In this document: positions 8,513-18,398 of the stretch, piece by piece | How the letters are laid out: every line of letters starts with the position of its first letter | How positions within the stretch are numbered: the first letter of the stretch is position 1 | From: an uncultured Clostridia bacterium | GTDB taxonomy: Bacteria > Bacillota > Clostridia > Christensenellales > CAAEEZ01 | Assembly (NCBI GenBank): GCA_934365195.1 | Contig: CAKRNA010000001.1 | Span: 95,301 to 159,300, forward strand | Reading direction: 5' to 3' | DNA length: 64,000 bases | Made by a program: the position numbers and the translations under genes | The notes under the pieces: model-generated | Seen by the model: only the letters and a program-made list of their open reading frames with translations | Told to the model about the DNA's origin: nothing | Databases searched by the model: none

Positions 8513-9982
8513 CTACAACTGCAACAAGAAAAACAGCAACGCAACAAGCATTAAGCCCGAAACGGCAATGATTTTCGTTTTGCGTTTTAGCATAACTTGG
8601 CTAGACAACACGCCCTCCGCCAGAAGATAAAAACTTAGCCCCGTGGTTGTAAGCGCAACGTTAAGAGTGTTAAAGGCAAGGCTATTAACAGCAAGCGTTA
8701 CGAATTTAATCGGAATTAGCACGTAGTCGATAGCAATCACGATAGGCGCAAAAGCAGGGATAAGCCCCACGATAGTAAACGTCACGGTAAGTGCGTAAAT
8801 TAAGGACATAAACGGCATAATTATGAAATTTACGGGGAGAAATAGCACCGCAAACTCCTTAAACCAGTAAGAAACCAGCGGGAATATTGCAAAGTTTACG
8901 CCAAGGCTTAGGGCAATTAAATCGTTAGCCCATTTTGGAATTCTCTTAAAGCGAATTAGTTTTGAAAAAGCAAAAATTCCAAACACCGCAAGAAAACTCA
9001 TTTGAAAACTTATGGTAAAAATCGAGTACGGTTTGAACAACACGATGATAATTCCTGAAAGCCCAAGCGCCGATAATCCGTCCGCTTTGTAGCCTAATTC
9101 CCTAGAAAACAGCACGACTACGCTCATAATAGTAGCCCTTACCATACTAGGCGAGAAACCGCATAGCACGTTGTACAAAATCAGCACCGTTATGGTGATT
9201 AGCATATTTAATAGGCGTTTTATCCTTAGTTTTTTGTTGATATATAGGATAATTGCCGTAAGAAAATCGATATGCAAGCCCGAAACTGCAAAAATATGGC
9301 TAAGCCCCGTCTTGCTTACGCTCTCTTTTAGTTCGCTAGTCATAGCACTTTTGTCGCCAAGCAGCATTCCGAGAGCGATACCTTCGCCGTCCTCTCTTAA
9401 ATAGGCGGAGTACACGCTTTTCACCCTAAGTTTTACCTTTTCGCTCAGTTTAATTTTGCCGTCACGCACCTTTGCGATATTATTAGTGGCTAAAAGATAA
9501 TAAATTCCGTCGTCGTACAGGCTTGTTACGTAGCCGTTTTTTGCGTCGAATTCAATATTGCTCATATTATCATACGAGTACACGATATCGCCAACCGAAA
9601 ATTCATTGTTTGTTTTCAAAAGTAGCCTTCCGCCTAACTTTTTGTTTCCGACCACCACTTCGTCCAAGACGTAACTATCCTTATTTACTTCACACACTCT
9701 GCCCTCGATAGACTGCGGCTTTTCGCTAACTTTGTTTACCGCAATATAGTACCCGAAAGCCGACGTAGATATAATACTTAGCAGCATACACACGCCGACA
9801 AAAGCATATTTCGTCCACTTCCTCTTTATTAGCGTTGCAAAAATAAAGAACAAACTAAACATCAAAAGCAAGGATAAACAAATTACGTTAAACTTGCATT
9901 CGACAATAATAACTATACTTAGTAGCATAGCCAAAAAGCCGAACACCATAGGTCTGTAATTTATAATCCTCTTCTTCGTCAT
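8513..9982 (-). CDS. comEC: ComEC/Rec2-family competence channel protein, short form without a metallo-beta-lactamase domain
   Basis: 489 aa, polytopic, with 'GLSHIFAVSGLHIDFL' (the ComEC competence-domain signature). The protein ends right after the membrane domain. Confidence 0.75.
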   Translation of the reverse strand: MTKKRIINYRPMVFGFLAMLLSIVIIVECKFNVICLSLLLMFSLFFIFATLIKRKWTKYAFVGVCMLLSIISTSAFGYYIAVNKVSEKPQSIEGRVCEVNKDSYVLDEVVVGNKKLGGRLLLKTNNEFSVGDIVYSYDNMSNIEFDAKNGYVTSLYDDGIYYLLATNNIAKVRDGKIKLSEKVKLRVKSVYSAYLREDGEGIALGMLLGDKSAMTSELKESVSKTGLSHIFAVSGLHIDFLTAIILYINKKLRIKRLLNMLITITVLILYNVLCGFSPSMVRATIMSVVVLFSRELGYKADGLSALGLSGIIIVLFKPYSIFTISFQMSFLAVFGIFAFSKLIRFKRIPKWANDLIALSLGVNFAIFPLVSYWFKEFAVLFLPVNFIIMPFMSLIYALTVTFTIVGLIPAFAPIVIAIDYVLIPIKFVTLAVNSLAFNTLNVALTTTGLSFYLLAEGVLSSQVMLKRKTKIIAVSGLMLVALLFFLLQL

Positions 9983-10071
9983 TAGTATTTTTAAAACCCT
10001 ATATAATTACACAAAACGTGGTTTATCTATCTTTTTTGCACAATAAAACCTCAATTTGTGCTAATAAATGA

Positions 10072-10104
10072 TAAAAAGCGTAACCATAAAAGTTACGCTT
10101 TTTC
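10072..10104 (-). terminator. Bidirectional hairpin terminator after the DUF1667 gene
   Basis: GCGTAAC-CATAAAA-GTTACGC (10078-10098) flanked by an A-run and a T-run. Confidence 0.7.
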
Positions 10105-10116
10105 TATTTATTTTAA

Positions 10117-10464
10117 TTAGTTTCTGTTACAAGTTGCAACTATATCAGCGCCCGTTCCAAGTACGTTAGCAATAATTACGTCACCGATTTTTACCGGTAA
10201 AGCAACCTCTACTTTACGTAGTTCGTTAAGTACTTTGAATATCATAGCCTTATCGATTGCTTGGTTGGTTTTGCAAGAAACTACAGCGCCGTCCTTAATT
10301 CTTACTAGCGAGGTAACTACTCTTTTTGGGTTGGTTACTTCTTGCTTTCCGTAAGTCTCTCCTCTTTTACAAGTGTTTCCGCTTACTTTAATTTCGTCGC
10401 CGTTGATTTCAACGGTTAGCGGACAACCCATAGGACAGTTGATACAAGTTATATTCTTAATCAT
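10117..10464 (-). CDS. DUF1667 domain protein (third subunit of the GlpA-like oxidoreductase trio)
   Basis: Start taken at the internal ATG 10464 (GGAGG RBS). 'CINCPMGCPLTVEINGDEIKVSGNTCKRG' is typical DUF1667. Confidence 0.8.
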   Translation of the reverse strand: MIKNITCINCPMGCPLTVEINGDEIKVSGNTCKRGETYGKQEVTNPKRVVTSLVRIKDGAVVSCKTNQAIDKAMIFKVLNELRKVEVALPVKIGDVIIANVLGTGADIVATCNRN

Positions 10465-10474
10465 CTTATACCTC

Positions 10475-11707
10475 CTACTTCTCAAGCGATAAAACGATAT
10501 CGCCGGTTATCTTACTCTTATCAAGTTCAACGCTTTCCATTTCGCCCGGAGTAAATATCATTGCTTTCTTAGTATAAATAACTTCGTCGCCACATTTAAC
10601 GTTTAGCCTTGCTCCCTTATAAACGTCGCCAACTCTGAAGTAGATTTTTACTTTGCCTTCGCCTGCATATACCGATTGAGGTAAAGCGTATCTAACGCCG
10701 TTTTCAGCAAGCACTTTATATGACTTGTCGGAAGTTTGAAGTTCGCCCTTAGCGTACTCTGAAGCGTACTTACCTGCGATAGTACCCTCTGCAGATACGT
10801 TATCAACTAGGTCGTGAACGTGAAGTACGTTACCGCAAGAGAAAATACCCGGGATATTTGTTTGACGATATTCGTCAACAACAGCGCCCGTGGTAATAGG
10901 GCTCATATTTAAACCTAAGTTAGAAACAAGGTCATTCTCAGGAATCAAACCAACGCTTAGTAGCAAGGTGTCGCACTCTACGAATTTCTCGGTTTCTAGT
11001 TTTGGTCTTCTATCCTCGCCAACCTCAGCATAGTACAAGCCTTCTAGCCTGTCCTTACCAACTACTCTCGTAATGGTGTGAGAGAAGTGTAGAGGAATAT
11101 CAAAGTCGTCCAAACATTGAACGATGTTTCTCTTTAATCCTGAAGAATAAGGCATAAGTTCTAGCACCATTTGTACTTTTGCGCCTTCAAAAGTCATTCT
11201 TCTTGCCATAATTAGTCCGATATCGCCGCTACCTAAGATAACCACTTTTTTACCTACTCTGTAGCCCTCGATATTCATCATACGTTGTGCCATTCCTGCG
11301 GTGTAGATACCGGCAGGTCTAGTTCCGGGAAGTTGGATAGCACCGGCAGTCCTTTCCCTACAACCCATTGCAAGTACTACTGATTTTGCCTCTACGGTGA
11401 ACACGCCTTCGCTTGGGCAAACTGCGGTAACTTTGTGGTCGTCGGTGATGCCGATTACCATAGCCTCTAATACAACTTTAATATCGGTTTTTGCTACCAT
11501 ATCAACAAAGCGGCTAGCATACTCAGGACCGGTCAATTCTTCTTTGAAGTAGTGTAGTCCGAAACCGTTGTGGATACATTGATTTAAAATTCCGCCTAGT
11601 TTTACGTCTCTTTCCAAAATAATTACGGAACTACCGTTTTCACGAGCGGATAAAGCAGCAGCCATTCCTGCAGGGCCACCACCGATTACGCATACGTCAA
11701 ATTTCAT
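10475..11707 (-). CDS. NAD(P)/FAD-dependent pyridine-nucleotide-disulfide-type oxidoreductase
   Basis: 410 aa with an N-terminal 'VCVIGGGPAGMAAA' FAD fold and a second 'VVILGSGDIGL' dinucleotide fold. 11-nt overlap with the upstream gene. Confidence 0.8.
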   Translation of the reverse strand: MKFDVCVIGGGPAGMAAALSARENGSSVIILERDVKLGGILNQCIHNGFGLHYFKEELTGPEYASRFVDMVAKTDIKVVLEAMVIGITDDHKVTAVCPSEGVFTVEAKSVVLAMGCRERTAGAIQLPGTRPAGIYTAGMAQRMMNIEGYRVGKKVVILGSGDIGLIMARRMTFEGAKVQMVLELMPYSSGLKRNIVQCLDDFDIPLHFSHTITRVVGKDRLEGLYYAEVGEDRRPKLETEKFVECDTLLLSVGLIPENDLVSNLGLNMSPITTGAVVDEYRQTNIPGIFSCGNVLHVHDLVDNVSAEGTIAGKYASEYAKGELQTSDKSYKVLAENGVRYALPQSVYAGEGKVKIYFRVGDVYKGARLNVKCGDEVIYTKKAMIFTPGEMESVELDKSKITGDIVLSLEK

Positions 11708-13133
11708 ATTCTACCTCCTTCAACTTACCTATTGCAATCTCGCTTGCCCCGTTGTCTTTCTTAACAGCGGTTACAGGGATATTTAACTCTCTTGCGATAA
11801 TATCGATTACTCTTGGAGCACAGAAACCGCCTTGGCATCTGCCCATACCTGCCCTAGTTCTACGCTTAACAGCGTCAACGCTCTTTGCAGGAAGCGGAGA
11901 ATGGATAGCGGTAACGATTTCAGCCTCGGTTACCTTTTCGCAACGGCAAATAATTCTGCCCCACTTAGAGTCCTCTTTTACCTTCTCGTTAAGTTGTTCC
12001 GGAGTTAGATTTACAAAACGAACGTGCTCAGGATTCTCTACAATTACGTCCTTTTTTTCTAGTTTTACAATTTCACCAACCATATCGGTAATCTTCTTTG
12101 CAATAGCAGGAGCAGAAGAAAGCCCCGGAGAGCAAATACCGGTTACGGTGATAAAGTTAGGTATTTTCTTAGAAAATTCAATTACGAAGTCGTCGCCAAC
12201 AACGTGTCTAACGCCTGCATAAAGCCTAATAACCTTACGATAGTTTACGGTTTTGTAGGTCTTTGATACGCCTTGTCTGATTTGGTCAAGACCGTCTAGG
12301 GTAACTGCTTTGTCGTCGCCGTCCTCTACGATAATAGAGGTAGGTCCGTACAATACGTTACCGTCAGCGGTAGGAGCAACCAAGATACCCTTTCCTCTTT
12401 CGTCAGGTAGAGGGAAAATAACGGTATGAACGTTCTTTCTTTCCTCTTGGTCTAGTAGGATATAGTCGCCTCTTCTAAATACTTCGTCGTAAACTTCGGC
12501 GCCTATTTGCTTGTTAAGAGTCATAGAGCCTGCACCTGCACAGTTGATTACGACTTTTGCTTCGAATACTTCGCCCGACTTAGTGGTTACTTTGAAAGTT
12601 TCGCCCTCTTTCTTTACGTCAACAACCTCTTGACCTACTTTAACCTCTGCACCGTTTAAGATTGCGTGGTCGCATAGTGCGATGGTTAGTTTGTAAGGAG
12701 ATACGATGCCGGCATCTTTTGCCCACAATGCCCACTCGATATCGTCAGCGATATTTGGTTCGATTTCCACAATCCTATCCCTACCGATAATCTCTACGTC
12801 AACACCGTTTTTAACACCCTTGTCGTAAAGTTCTTCGATACCTTTTTTACCACCTGCGGTAGTAACAACAAGAGAACCGGTATTAACGTAAGGCACGTGT
12901 AGTTCCTTTACTAAAGATTGCATTAGTTTGCAACCCTTAACGTTAAGTTCGGCTTTAAGTGTATTAGGCTTACAGTCGTAACCGGCGTGCACAATACCAC
13001 TATTTGCACGGCTTGCTCCACAACTTACGTCGTCGTTCTTTTCCAGTAGCAAGCATTTCGTATTGTATCTTTGTAGTTCGTCAAGAACCGCACAACCGAT
13101 AACGCCGCCACCTACGATAATAACATCAAACAT
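11697..13133 (-). CDS. FAD-dependent oxidoreductase, glycerol-3-phosphate-dehydrogenase-like, with BFD-like [2Fe-2S] domain
   Basis: 478 aa with 'VIIVGGGVIGCAV' and a C-terminal 'ICRCEKVTEAEIVTAI...GMGRCQGGFC' BFD-like block. Confidence 0.75.
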   Translation of the reverse strand: MFDVIIVGGGVIGCAVLDELQRYNTKCLLLEKNDDVSCGASRANSGIVHAGYDCKPNTLKAELNVKGCKLMQSLVKELHVPYVNTGSLVVTTAGGKKGIEELYDKGVKNGVDVEIIGRDRIVEIEPNIADDIEWALWAKDAGIVSPYKLTIALCDHAILNGAEVKVGQEVVDVKKEGETFKVTTKSGEVFEAKVVINCAGAGSMTLNKQIGAEVYDEVFRRGDYILLDQEERKNVHTVIFPLPDERGKGILVAPTADGNVLYGPTSIIVEDGDDKAVTLDGLDQIRQGVSKTYKTVNYRKVIRLYAGVRHVVGDDFVIEFSKKIPNFITVTGICSPGLSSAPAIAKKITDMVGEIVKLEKKDVIVENPEHVRFVNLTPEQLNEKVKEDSKWGRIICRCEKVTEAEIVTAIHSPLPAKSVDAVKRRTRAGMGRCQGGFCAPRVIDIIARELNIPVTAVKKDNGASEIAIGKLKEVEYEI

Positions 13134-13174
13134 GGTTTTCCTTCCTTTATATAATGTTTTTAATAATGTTCAAT

Positions 13175-13705
13175 TTATTTGCAAAATTTTTCGTCGTAGG
13201 CTTTCATATCGCTCTTGATATATTCAATAGCCTTCTCTCTGCCGTAGATATTTAGCACAACCGTGGTTTTACCTTCAAGTTGCTTGTACACTCCAAAAAA
13301 GTGTCTAATCTCGGCAACGTAGTTAGGAGGTATCTCCTCCACGTTTTTGTATGCGCTCCAAATAGGATCGCCAAACGGAATAGCAATTATCTTTTTGTCC
13401 TCGTCACCCTCGTCACGCATATCTACAACGCCGATAGGATAACACTTTACAAGCGACATAGACGATATAGGTTCTGAGCAAAGCACCAACACGTCCAAAG
13501 GGTCCCCGTCGTCGCTAAAAGTCCTTGGGATAAAGCCGTAGTTTGCCGGGTAGTGAGTAGCCGTAAACAAAATACGGTCAAGAAGTAGCATACCCGTTTC
13601 CTTATCTAGTTCGTACTTGTTTTTACTGCCCATAGGTATTTCTATTACGGCGTAAAACTCGTCCGCTTTAATTCTATCTTTTGCTATATCGTGCCAAATA
13701 TTCAT
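13175..13705 (-). CDS. ppa: Inorganic pyrophosphatase, family I
   Basis: Start taken at ATG 13705 (MNIWHDI...), which forms an ATGA overlap with the upstream stop and has a GGAGGA RBS. 'VIEIPMGSKNKYELD' is a family I PPase block. Confidence 0.9.
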   Translation of the reverse strand: MNIWHDIAKDRIKADEFYAVIEIPMGSKNKYELDKETGMLLLDRILFTATHYPANYGFIPRTFSDDGDPLDVLVLCSEPISSMSLVKCYPIGVVDMRDEGDEDKKIIAIPFGDPIWSAYKNVEEIPPNYVAEIRHFFGVYKQLEGKTTVVLNIYGREKAIEYIKSDMKAYDEKFCK

Positions 13706-14145
13706 TCTTCGTCCTCCAAGTCTTTGTGATTTTTGCCGTACTTTTTCCATTTTATCGCATACTTAACGCCTTGATAAAACATTGCTCCGCTAAATACGTA
13801 CAACAAATCCCCCAACACTCCGCTATCGCTTGTAGAATACTTAAAATAGATTGCAAGCCCTAAGAACGTAGCGAATATAACAAAGGATAATATAACCACT
13901 CTGTCGTAGTTTCTATTTATGCTAAACGGCATTATCACAAGTAAGCATACACCTAAACTGAAAGTATAGATGTCGAACAGGGTATTTGCCACAGCAAAGT
14001 CAAGTTGCTTGTTTAGTGCCTGTTTTTTTAGAAAAATCACCAAAAACAACGCACCTATGATATATCCGAATAAAGCAATATACCCCACGGCTTTTAAAAT
14101 CTTTTTTTGTTTATCATTCATATACGGAAATATTCTATCATACAA
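13702..14145 (-). CDS. Small membrane protein (about 4 TM), unknown function
   Basis: 147 aa, hydrophobic, translationally coupled to ppa. Confidence 0.5.
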   Translation of the reverse strand: MYDRIFPYMNDKQKKILKAVGYIALFGYIIGALFLVIFLKKQALNKQLDFAVANTLFDIYTFSLGVCLLVIMPFSINRNYDRVVILSFVIFATFLGLAIYFKYSTSDSGVLGDLLYVFSGAMFYQGVKYAIKWKKYGKNHKDLEDEE

Positions 14146-14303
14146 TAGGTTATTTTGACAACTATATTTTTTATTATAATATATATATTAGTGTTTTGTC
14201 GGTCGAATAATCGACAAAGATAAATAAATGATTAAAAACTATTAAAAAAGCAGGGACTTTTGCTCCCCGCTTTTTAAAAATTCACCCTAAATTTTTTGGC
14301 GAT

Positions 14304-14873
14304 TTATTGTTCATTTTGTCTTAAAAGCAATTTATTGCAATTTTTTACCACCTTAATTCCGTCGTGCAAAGGAACTGCTAAAAATATAATGCTCATTAGC
14401 ACGCCCGCCGCATACAAGGTATATAACGCTTGCATATTGCCTTTTACCATCTCGTAAAACGCCCTCGCCACGTTTGCAGGCTCTTCGTTTACCATAAAAA
14501 TAGTCCCGTTTTGAGCCGCTCCCGTTGGATCAAAAAAGCAAGCGATAAACACGTAAAGAAGCGGAAGAGTAAGAATAAAAGTGTACACGGTTATGCCTAT
14601 CGTAAGTTTTTTGCGCCATTTAAGGCTGGTAAGCCTTGCGGATAGGTTGGAAAAAGTAAGTATTCCTATCGACATAAAAGTAATAACTAATACGTACGCT
14701 AAAATCAAGTTTTTTTGGATAATGCCGTCGTAAAATTTTAGGATATTAAGTCCTCCTATCCTACCAACCGTAAGTATAGATAGCACACCTAGTATCTCGC
14801 TGACGAACGCAACGATATACATCACGGCAAAAAACACCTTTCTTTTTGTTGTAGGTTGATTTAAAGTTTTCAT
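14304..14873 (-). CDS. Membrane protein (about 5-6 TM), unknown function
   Basis: Start moved to ATG 14873 (MKTLNQPTT...), preceded by GGGGG. The upstream 43 codons of the listed ORF are A/T-rich leader. Confidence 0.5.
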   Translation of the reverse strand: MKTLNQPTTKRKVFFAVMYIVAFVSEILGVLSILTVGRIGGLNILKFYDGIIQKNLILAYVLVITFMSIGILTFSNLSARLTSLKWRKKLTIGITVYTFILTLPLLYVFIACFFDPTGAAQNGTIFMVNEEPANVARAFYEMVKGNMQALYTLYAAGVLMSIIFLAVPLHDGIKVVKNCNKLLLRQNEQ

Positions 14874-15107
14874 ATAGTCCCCCAAAATTATCAATACGTA
14901 AATTTTACCACATAATTTTGCTTTCTTGAATTTTTCGCTAAAAAAATCAATATGCCGCCTAATTTTTCGAATATTTGCCTTATTTAATAAAAAAATCGCC
15001 AAAAAATTTAAAAAAATCGCATATTTACAGGCTGTTTTACCAAAAAATCGCTATTTTTAGAGGTATTTTTTATTAAAATCATATTTAATTTTCTTAAAAA
15101 ATTCGTC

Positions 15108-15130
15108 AAAAAAAGGAGCAAATCCGCTCC
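15108..15130 (-). terminator. Hairpin terminator downstream of the aminotransferase gene
   Basis: GGAGC-AAATCC-GCTCC with a 7-nt A-run on the plus strand (a U-run on the minus-strand transcript). Confidence 0.5.
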
Positions 15131-15311
15131 TTTATTCGTTTTAATATTAAATTACGACTTTTGCAAACCTGTTTCGTTCACCTTTAATAAATAGCGCCTG
15201 TACGTCGCCATATTTTTAAGCAATAATAATTTCTCGTATCAGTTTACCTAAAAATCGCAAATTATGGTTCTACTTTTTTAAAGTCCGCTTGGTAAGGCGA
15301 TAATTTGAAAA

Positions 15312-16496
15312 TTATTTATATTCCTCTGCAAGTTGCTTAAACTTTTTCAAACTTCTTTCAATAGTTTCGGTTTTTACGCAGTAGGAAATTCTTACGTAAC
15401 CGGGGCAGCCAAAACCATCACCGGGAACAAGCAACAAGTCGTACTTTTTCGCTCTTTCTGAGAATGCGTTAGCATCGTCTTCAAGCGCTTTTACAAACAG
15501 ATAAAACGCTCCGTCAGGGCTAACCGCCTCATATCCGTACGAGGTAAGCGCACCATACAAAATATCCCTATTCTTTTTGTAGTAGTCCACGTCCGAAGTT
15601 TTGCCCACGCACTTAGCAACTACCCTTTGGTACATACTGCTGGCACACACGTAGCCAAGCGTTCTTCCCGCTCCGCAAACGGCAAGGTAAATCTCTTTTG
15701 AGTCGTCAGCCTTAGGATTAACCGCAATATAACCTATTCTTTCGCCCGGTAATGAAAGCGACTTACTATAAGAGTAGCAAACCAAGGTGTTATCGTAGTA
15801 GCAAGGTAGGTAAGGAACTTGTTTCTCCCCGTAAACTATCTCTCTATAAGGCTCATCGGCAAGCAAATAGATAGGGTGTCCGTACTCGATTTGCTTTTGT
15901 TTTAATAGGTTGCACAGCCTAATAATAGTATCCTCTCCGTACACTTTTCCCGACGGATTATTAGGTGAATTTATTACTATACCCTTCGTTTTTTCGCTTA
16001 GGTTTTTCTCCAAGTCCTCAAAATCTATCTCAAAGTTTTTTAGGTCGGGTTTTACCACTTTAAGTTTTCCGCCCATTCCCTCGCAGAATACCTTGTACTC
16101 AGGAAAATACGGAGCGATTGCAATAAACTCGTCACCACCTGTACAAAGCGCCTTAAAGCAAATGGTAAGCGATGCTGCCGCACCCACCGTCATATACAAA
16201 TCGTCCGCCGAAAAATTCACGCCAAAACGCTTGTTTATATCGTCCGCCAAGGTTTTTCTAACGTCAAAGTCACCTTGAGCCGAGGTGTATCCGTGAAGTT
16301 CTGCTGCGTCCATTTCGCTAAGTAGTTCTAAAATGCTTTCCTTAATGCACTCCGGTGCAGGAACGTTGGGATTGCCAAGGCTGAAATCAAATACGTTGTC
16401 CTTTCCAACCTCTTGCGCCCTCTTTTTGCCGAACTCGAATATCTCACGAATAACCGACCTTTTGTTGCCTAAATCATACATCTCTTTTGAATACAT
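15312..16496 (-). CDS. Class I/II PLP-dependent aminotransferase (aspartate/alanine aminotransferase type)
   Basis: 394 aa with 'SYSKSLSLPGERIGY' (PLP-lysine block) and 'NSPNNPSG'. Confidence 0.85.
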   Translation of the reverse strand: MYSKEMYDLGNKRSVIREIFEFGKKRAQEVGKDNVFDFSLGNPNVPAPECIKESILELLSEMDAAELHGYTSAQGDFDVRKTLADDINKRFGVNFSADDLYMTVGAAASLTICFKALCTGGDEFIAIAPYFPEYKVFCEGMGGKLKVVKPDLKNFEIDFEDLEKNLSEKTKGIVINSPNNPSGKVYGEDTIIRLCNLLKQKQIEYGHPIYLLADEPYREIVYGEKQVPYLPCYYDNTLVCYSYSKSLSLPGERIGYIAVNPKADDSKEIYLAVCGAGRTLGYVCASSMYQRVVAKCVGKTSDVDYYKKNRDILYGALTSYGYEAVSPDGAFYLFVKALEDDANAFSERAKKYDLLLVPGDGFGCPGYVRISYCVKTETIERSLKKFKQLAEEYK

Positions 16497-16721
16497 AATT
16501 AACCTCTTTGTAAAATTTTAACACAGCAAGCGAATTTTATCAAACGATATTTTGCCCTTCTTGGTATTTTGCACGCTAAACTTTGTTTGTCACCAAAACT
16601 CTGCCTAAACGGTTTTGCATAATAATAAATTTTAGTTTATAAAAATAACTACCCCTTATATATTTGTAAAAATTTCCTAGGTGTGTTATTATTAAAAAAA
16701 AGAATTAAAGAAGAGGTCAAT

Positions 16722-16988
16722 ATGAAAGCAGTAGTTTCCGTTATCGGCAAAGACAAAACAGGTATTATTTACCACGTTACAAAGGCTTTATACGAGGAAG
16801 ACATCAACGTAGAAGATATCTCTCAAACCATACTTCAAGACTATTTCACAATGATTATGCTAGTTTCTATGAAAGACACTACCAGCATTGAGAAAATCAA
16901 CGAAAAACTTAGCGTTTTATCCGAGGAACTAGGCGTTCAAATACGTTTGCAACACGAAGACATTTTCAACGCTATGCACAAAATCTAA
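16722..16988 (+). CDS. ACT-domain protein (UPF0237 type)
   Basis: Start at ATG 16722 (MKAVVSVIGKDKTGIIYHVT...). Short ACT fold, paired with a UPF0210 gene as in many Firmicutes. Confidence 0.8.
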   Translation: MKAVVSVIGKDKTGIIYHVTKALYEEDINVEDISQTILQDYFTMIMLVSMKDTTSIEKINEKLSVLSEELGVQIRLQHEDIFNAMHKI

Positions 16989-16997
16989 GGAGCAAAA

Positions 16998-18347
16998 ATG
17001 TTTAATAATAACGAAATTTTCGAAACTATTCAAATGATAGACCAGTTGCACCTTGACGTGAGAACTACCACCCTTGGCATCTCACTTCTTGACTGCATTA
17101 GCCAGTCCACCAAAGCGACTTGTCAAAAAATCTACGACAAAATCACAATGAGCGGAAAAGACCTTGTAAAAACAGCAAACCAACTTTCCGCAGAACTTGG
17201 CATTCCTATCGTAAACAAGCGTGTAAGCGTTACGCCGATAAGCCTTGTTTGTGCGTCTAACCACGGTCAATTAGAGGTGATTAAAACCCTGGATAAAGCG
17301 GCAAAAGAAATAGGCATCGACTTTTTGGGCGGTTACTCCTGCCTATGCCAAAAAGGTATGACCGAGTACGAAAAGGAATTTATTTTGTCCATTCCCGAGG
17401 CGCTTGCCTCCACCGAAAAGGTTTGCTCGTCCGTAAACGTCGGCTCTACAAAGGCAGGCATAAATATGGACGCCGTTAAACTGATGGGACAAGTAATTAA
17501 AAACTGCGCTTTTCTTACCAAAGACCAAGATTCTATTGCGTGCGCAAAACTTGTGGTTTTCTGCAACGCCGTTGAGGACAATCCGTTTATGGCAGGCGCT
17601 TTCCACGGCGTAGGGGAAAAGGATTTGACGTTAAACGTAGGCGTATCAGGGCCGGGCGTTGTAAAATACGCACTTGAAAAGGTGGACGGCGACCTACTTG
17701 AAGTTGCGGACACAATAAAGGAAACTGCTTTCAAAATCACCCGTGTTGGCGGGCTGGTTGCAAAAGAAACTGCAAGAAGGCTTGGAGTAAACTGTGGCAT
17801 TGTGGACTTATCGCTTGCCCCTACCCCCGTCGTTGGCGACTCGGTTGCGCACATTTTGGAGGAAATCGGGCTTGAAAGCGTGGGCGCTTGCGGAACTACC
17901 GCTTGCCTTGCTATGCTAAACGACGCCGTTAAAAAAGGCGGACTTATGGCAGCGTCGAACGTTGGCGGCTTGTCGGGTGCGTTTATCCCCGTTAGCGAGG
18001 ACGCAGGCATGATAAGAGCCACCGAAACGGGAGCGCTAACTATTGAAAAATTAGAGGCTATGACTTGCGTTTGCTCGGTAGGACTGGATATGATTGCAAT
18101 ACCCGGAGACACCCCAAGCGAAGTTATTTCGGGAATAATCGCCGACGAGGCTGCAATCGGTATGGTAAACACTAAGACAACTGCCGTAAGGCTAATTCCT
18201 GTTCACGGCAAAAAAGTTGGCGATTACGCAGAGTTTGGCGGACTACTTGGCAGAGCACCTATCGTGCCCGTATCTAAGTACTCCCCTCTTAAATTTATCA
18301 ACCGTGGCGGCAGAATTCCTGCTCCTATTCACAGCCTTAAAAACTAA
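16998..18347 (+). CDS. UPF0210/DUF711-family protein (function unknown)
   Basis: 449 aa with '[15 protein letters not shown]' near the N-terminus, typical of UPF0210. AGGAG RBS. Confidence 0.8.
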   Translation: MFNNNEIFETIQMIDQLHLDVRTTTLGISLLDCISQSTKATCQKIYDKITMSGKDLVKTANQLSAELGIPIVNKRVSVTPISLVCASNHGQLEVIKTLDKAAKEIGIDFLGGYSCLCQKGMTEYEKEFILSIPEALASTEKVCSSVNVGSTKAGINMDAVKLMGQVIKNCAFLTKDQDSIACAKLVVFCNAVEDNPFMAGAFHGVGEKDLTLNVGVSGPGVVKYALEKVDGDLLEVADTIKETAFKITRVGGLVAKETARRLGVNCGIVDLSLAPTPVVGDSVAHILEEIGLESVGACGTTACLAMLNDAVKKGGLMAASNVGGLSGAFIPVSEDAGMIRATETGALTIEKLEAMTCVCSVGLDMIAIPGDTPSEVISGIIADEAAIGMVNTKTTAVRLIPVHGKKVGDYAEFGGLLGRAPIVPVSKYSPLKFINRGGRIPAPIHSLKN

Positions 18348-18374
18348 CGATAATTTTCGGATATATAGTAAAAA

Positions 18375-18398
18375 CAGCCTTTTCAGGCTGTTTTTTTT
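18375..18398 (+). terminator. Rho-independent terminator after the UPF0210 gene
   Basis: CAGCCT-TTTC-AGGCTG followed by T8. Confidence 0.85.

Noticed and set aside
8304-8630. 108-aa plus-strand ORF in the comEC-holA spacer.
   Set aside because: It has no RBS. It overlaps the comEC 3' end in antisense, and its translation is AT-rich codon noise (N/K/I/F/Y-rich).
13706-13750. Longer ppa start (MEKVRQKSQRLGGRR...) as given in the ORF track.
   Set aside because: The extension overlaps the upstream membrane-protein gene. The internal ATG at 13705 has a GGAGGA RBS, forms an ATGA overlap and gives the canonical PPase N-terminus. Similar trimming was applied to the ORFs at 10485, 15002, 16683, 22333, 30116, 34958, 49017, 49554 and 62532.
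17333-18172. 279-aa minus-strand ORF (and 17343-17606) opposite the UPF0210 gene.
   Set aside because: The sequence is Ser/Thr/Pro/Ala-rich and low-complexity, has no RBS, and is fully antisense to a gene with clear family motifs. It is a typical shadow ORF.
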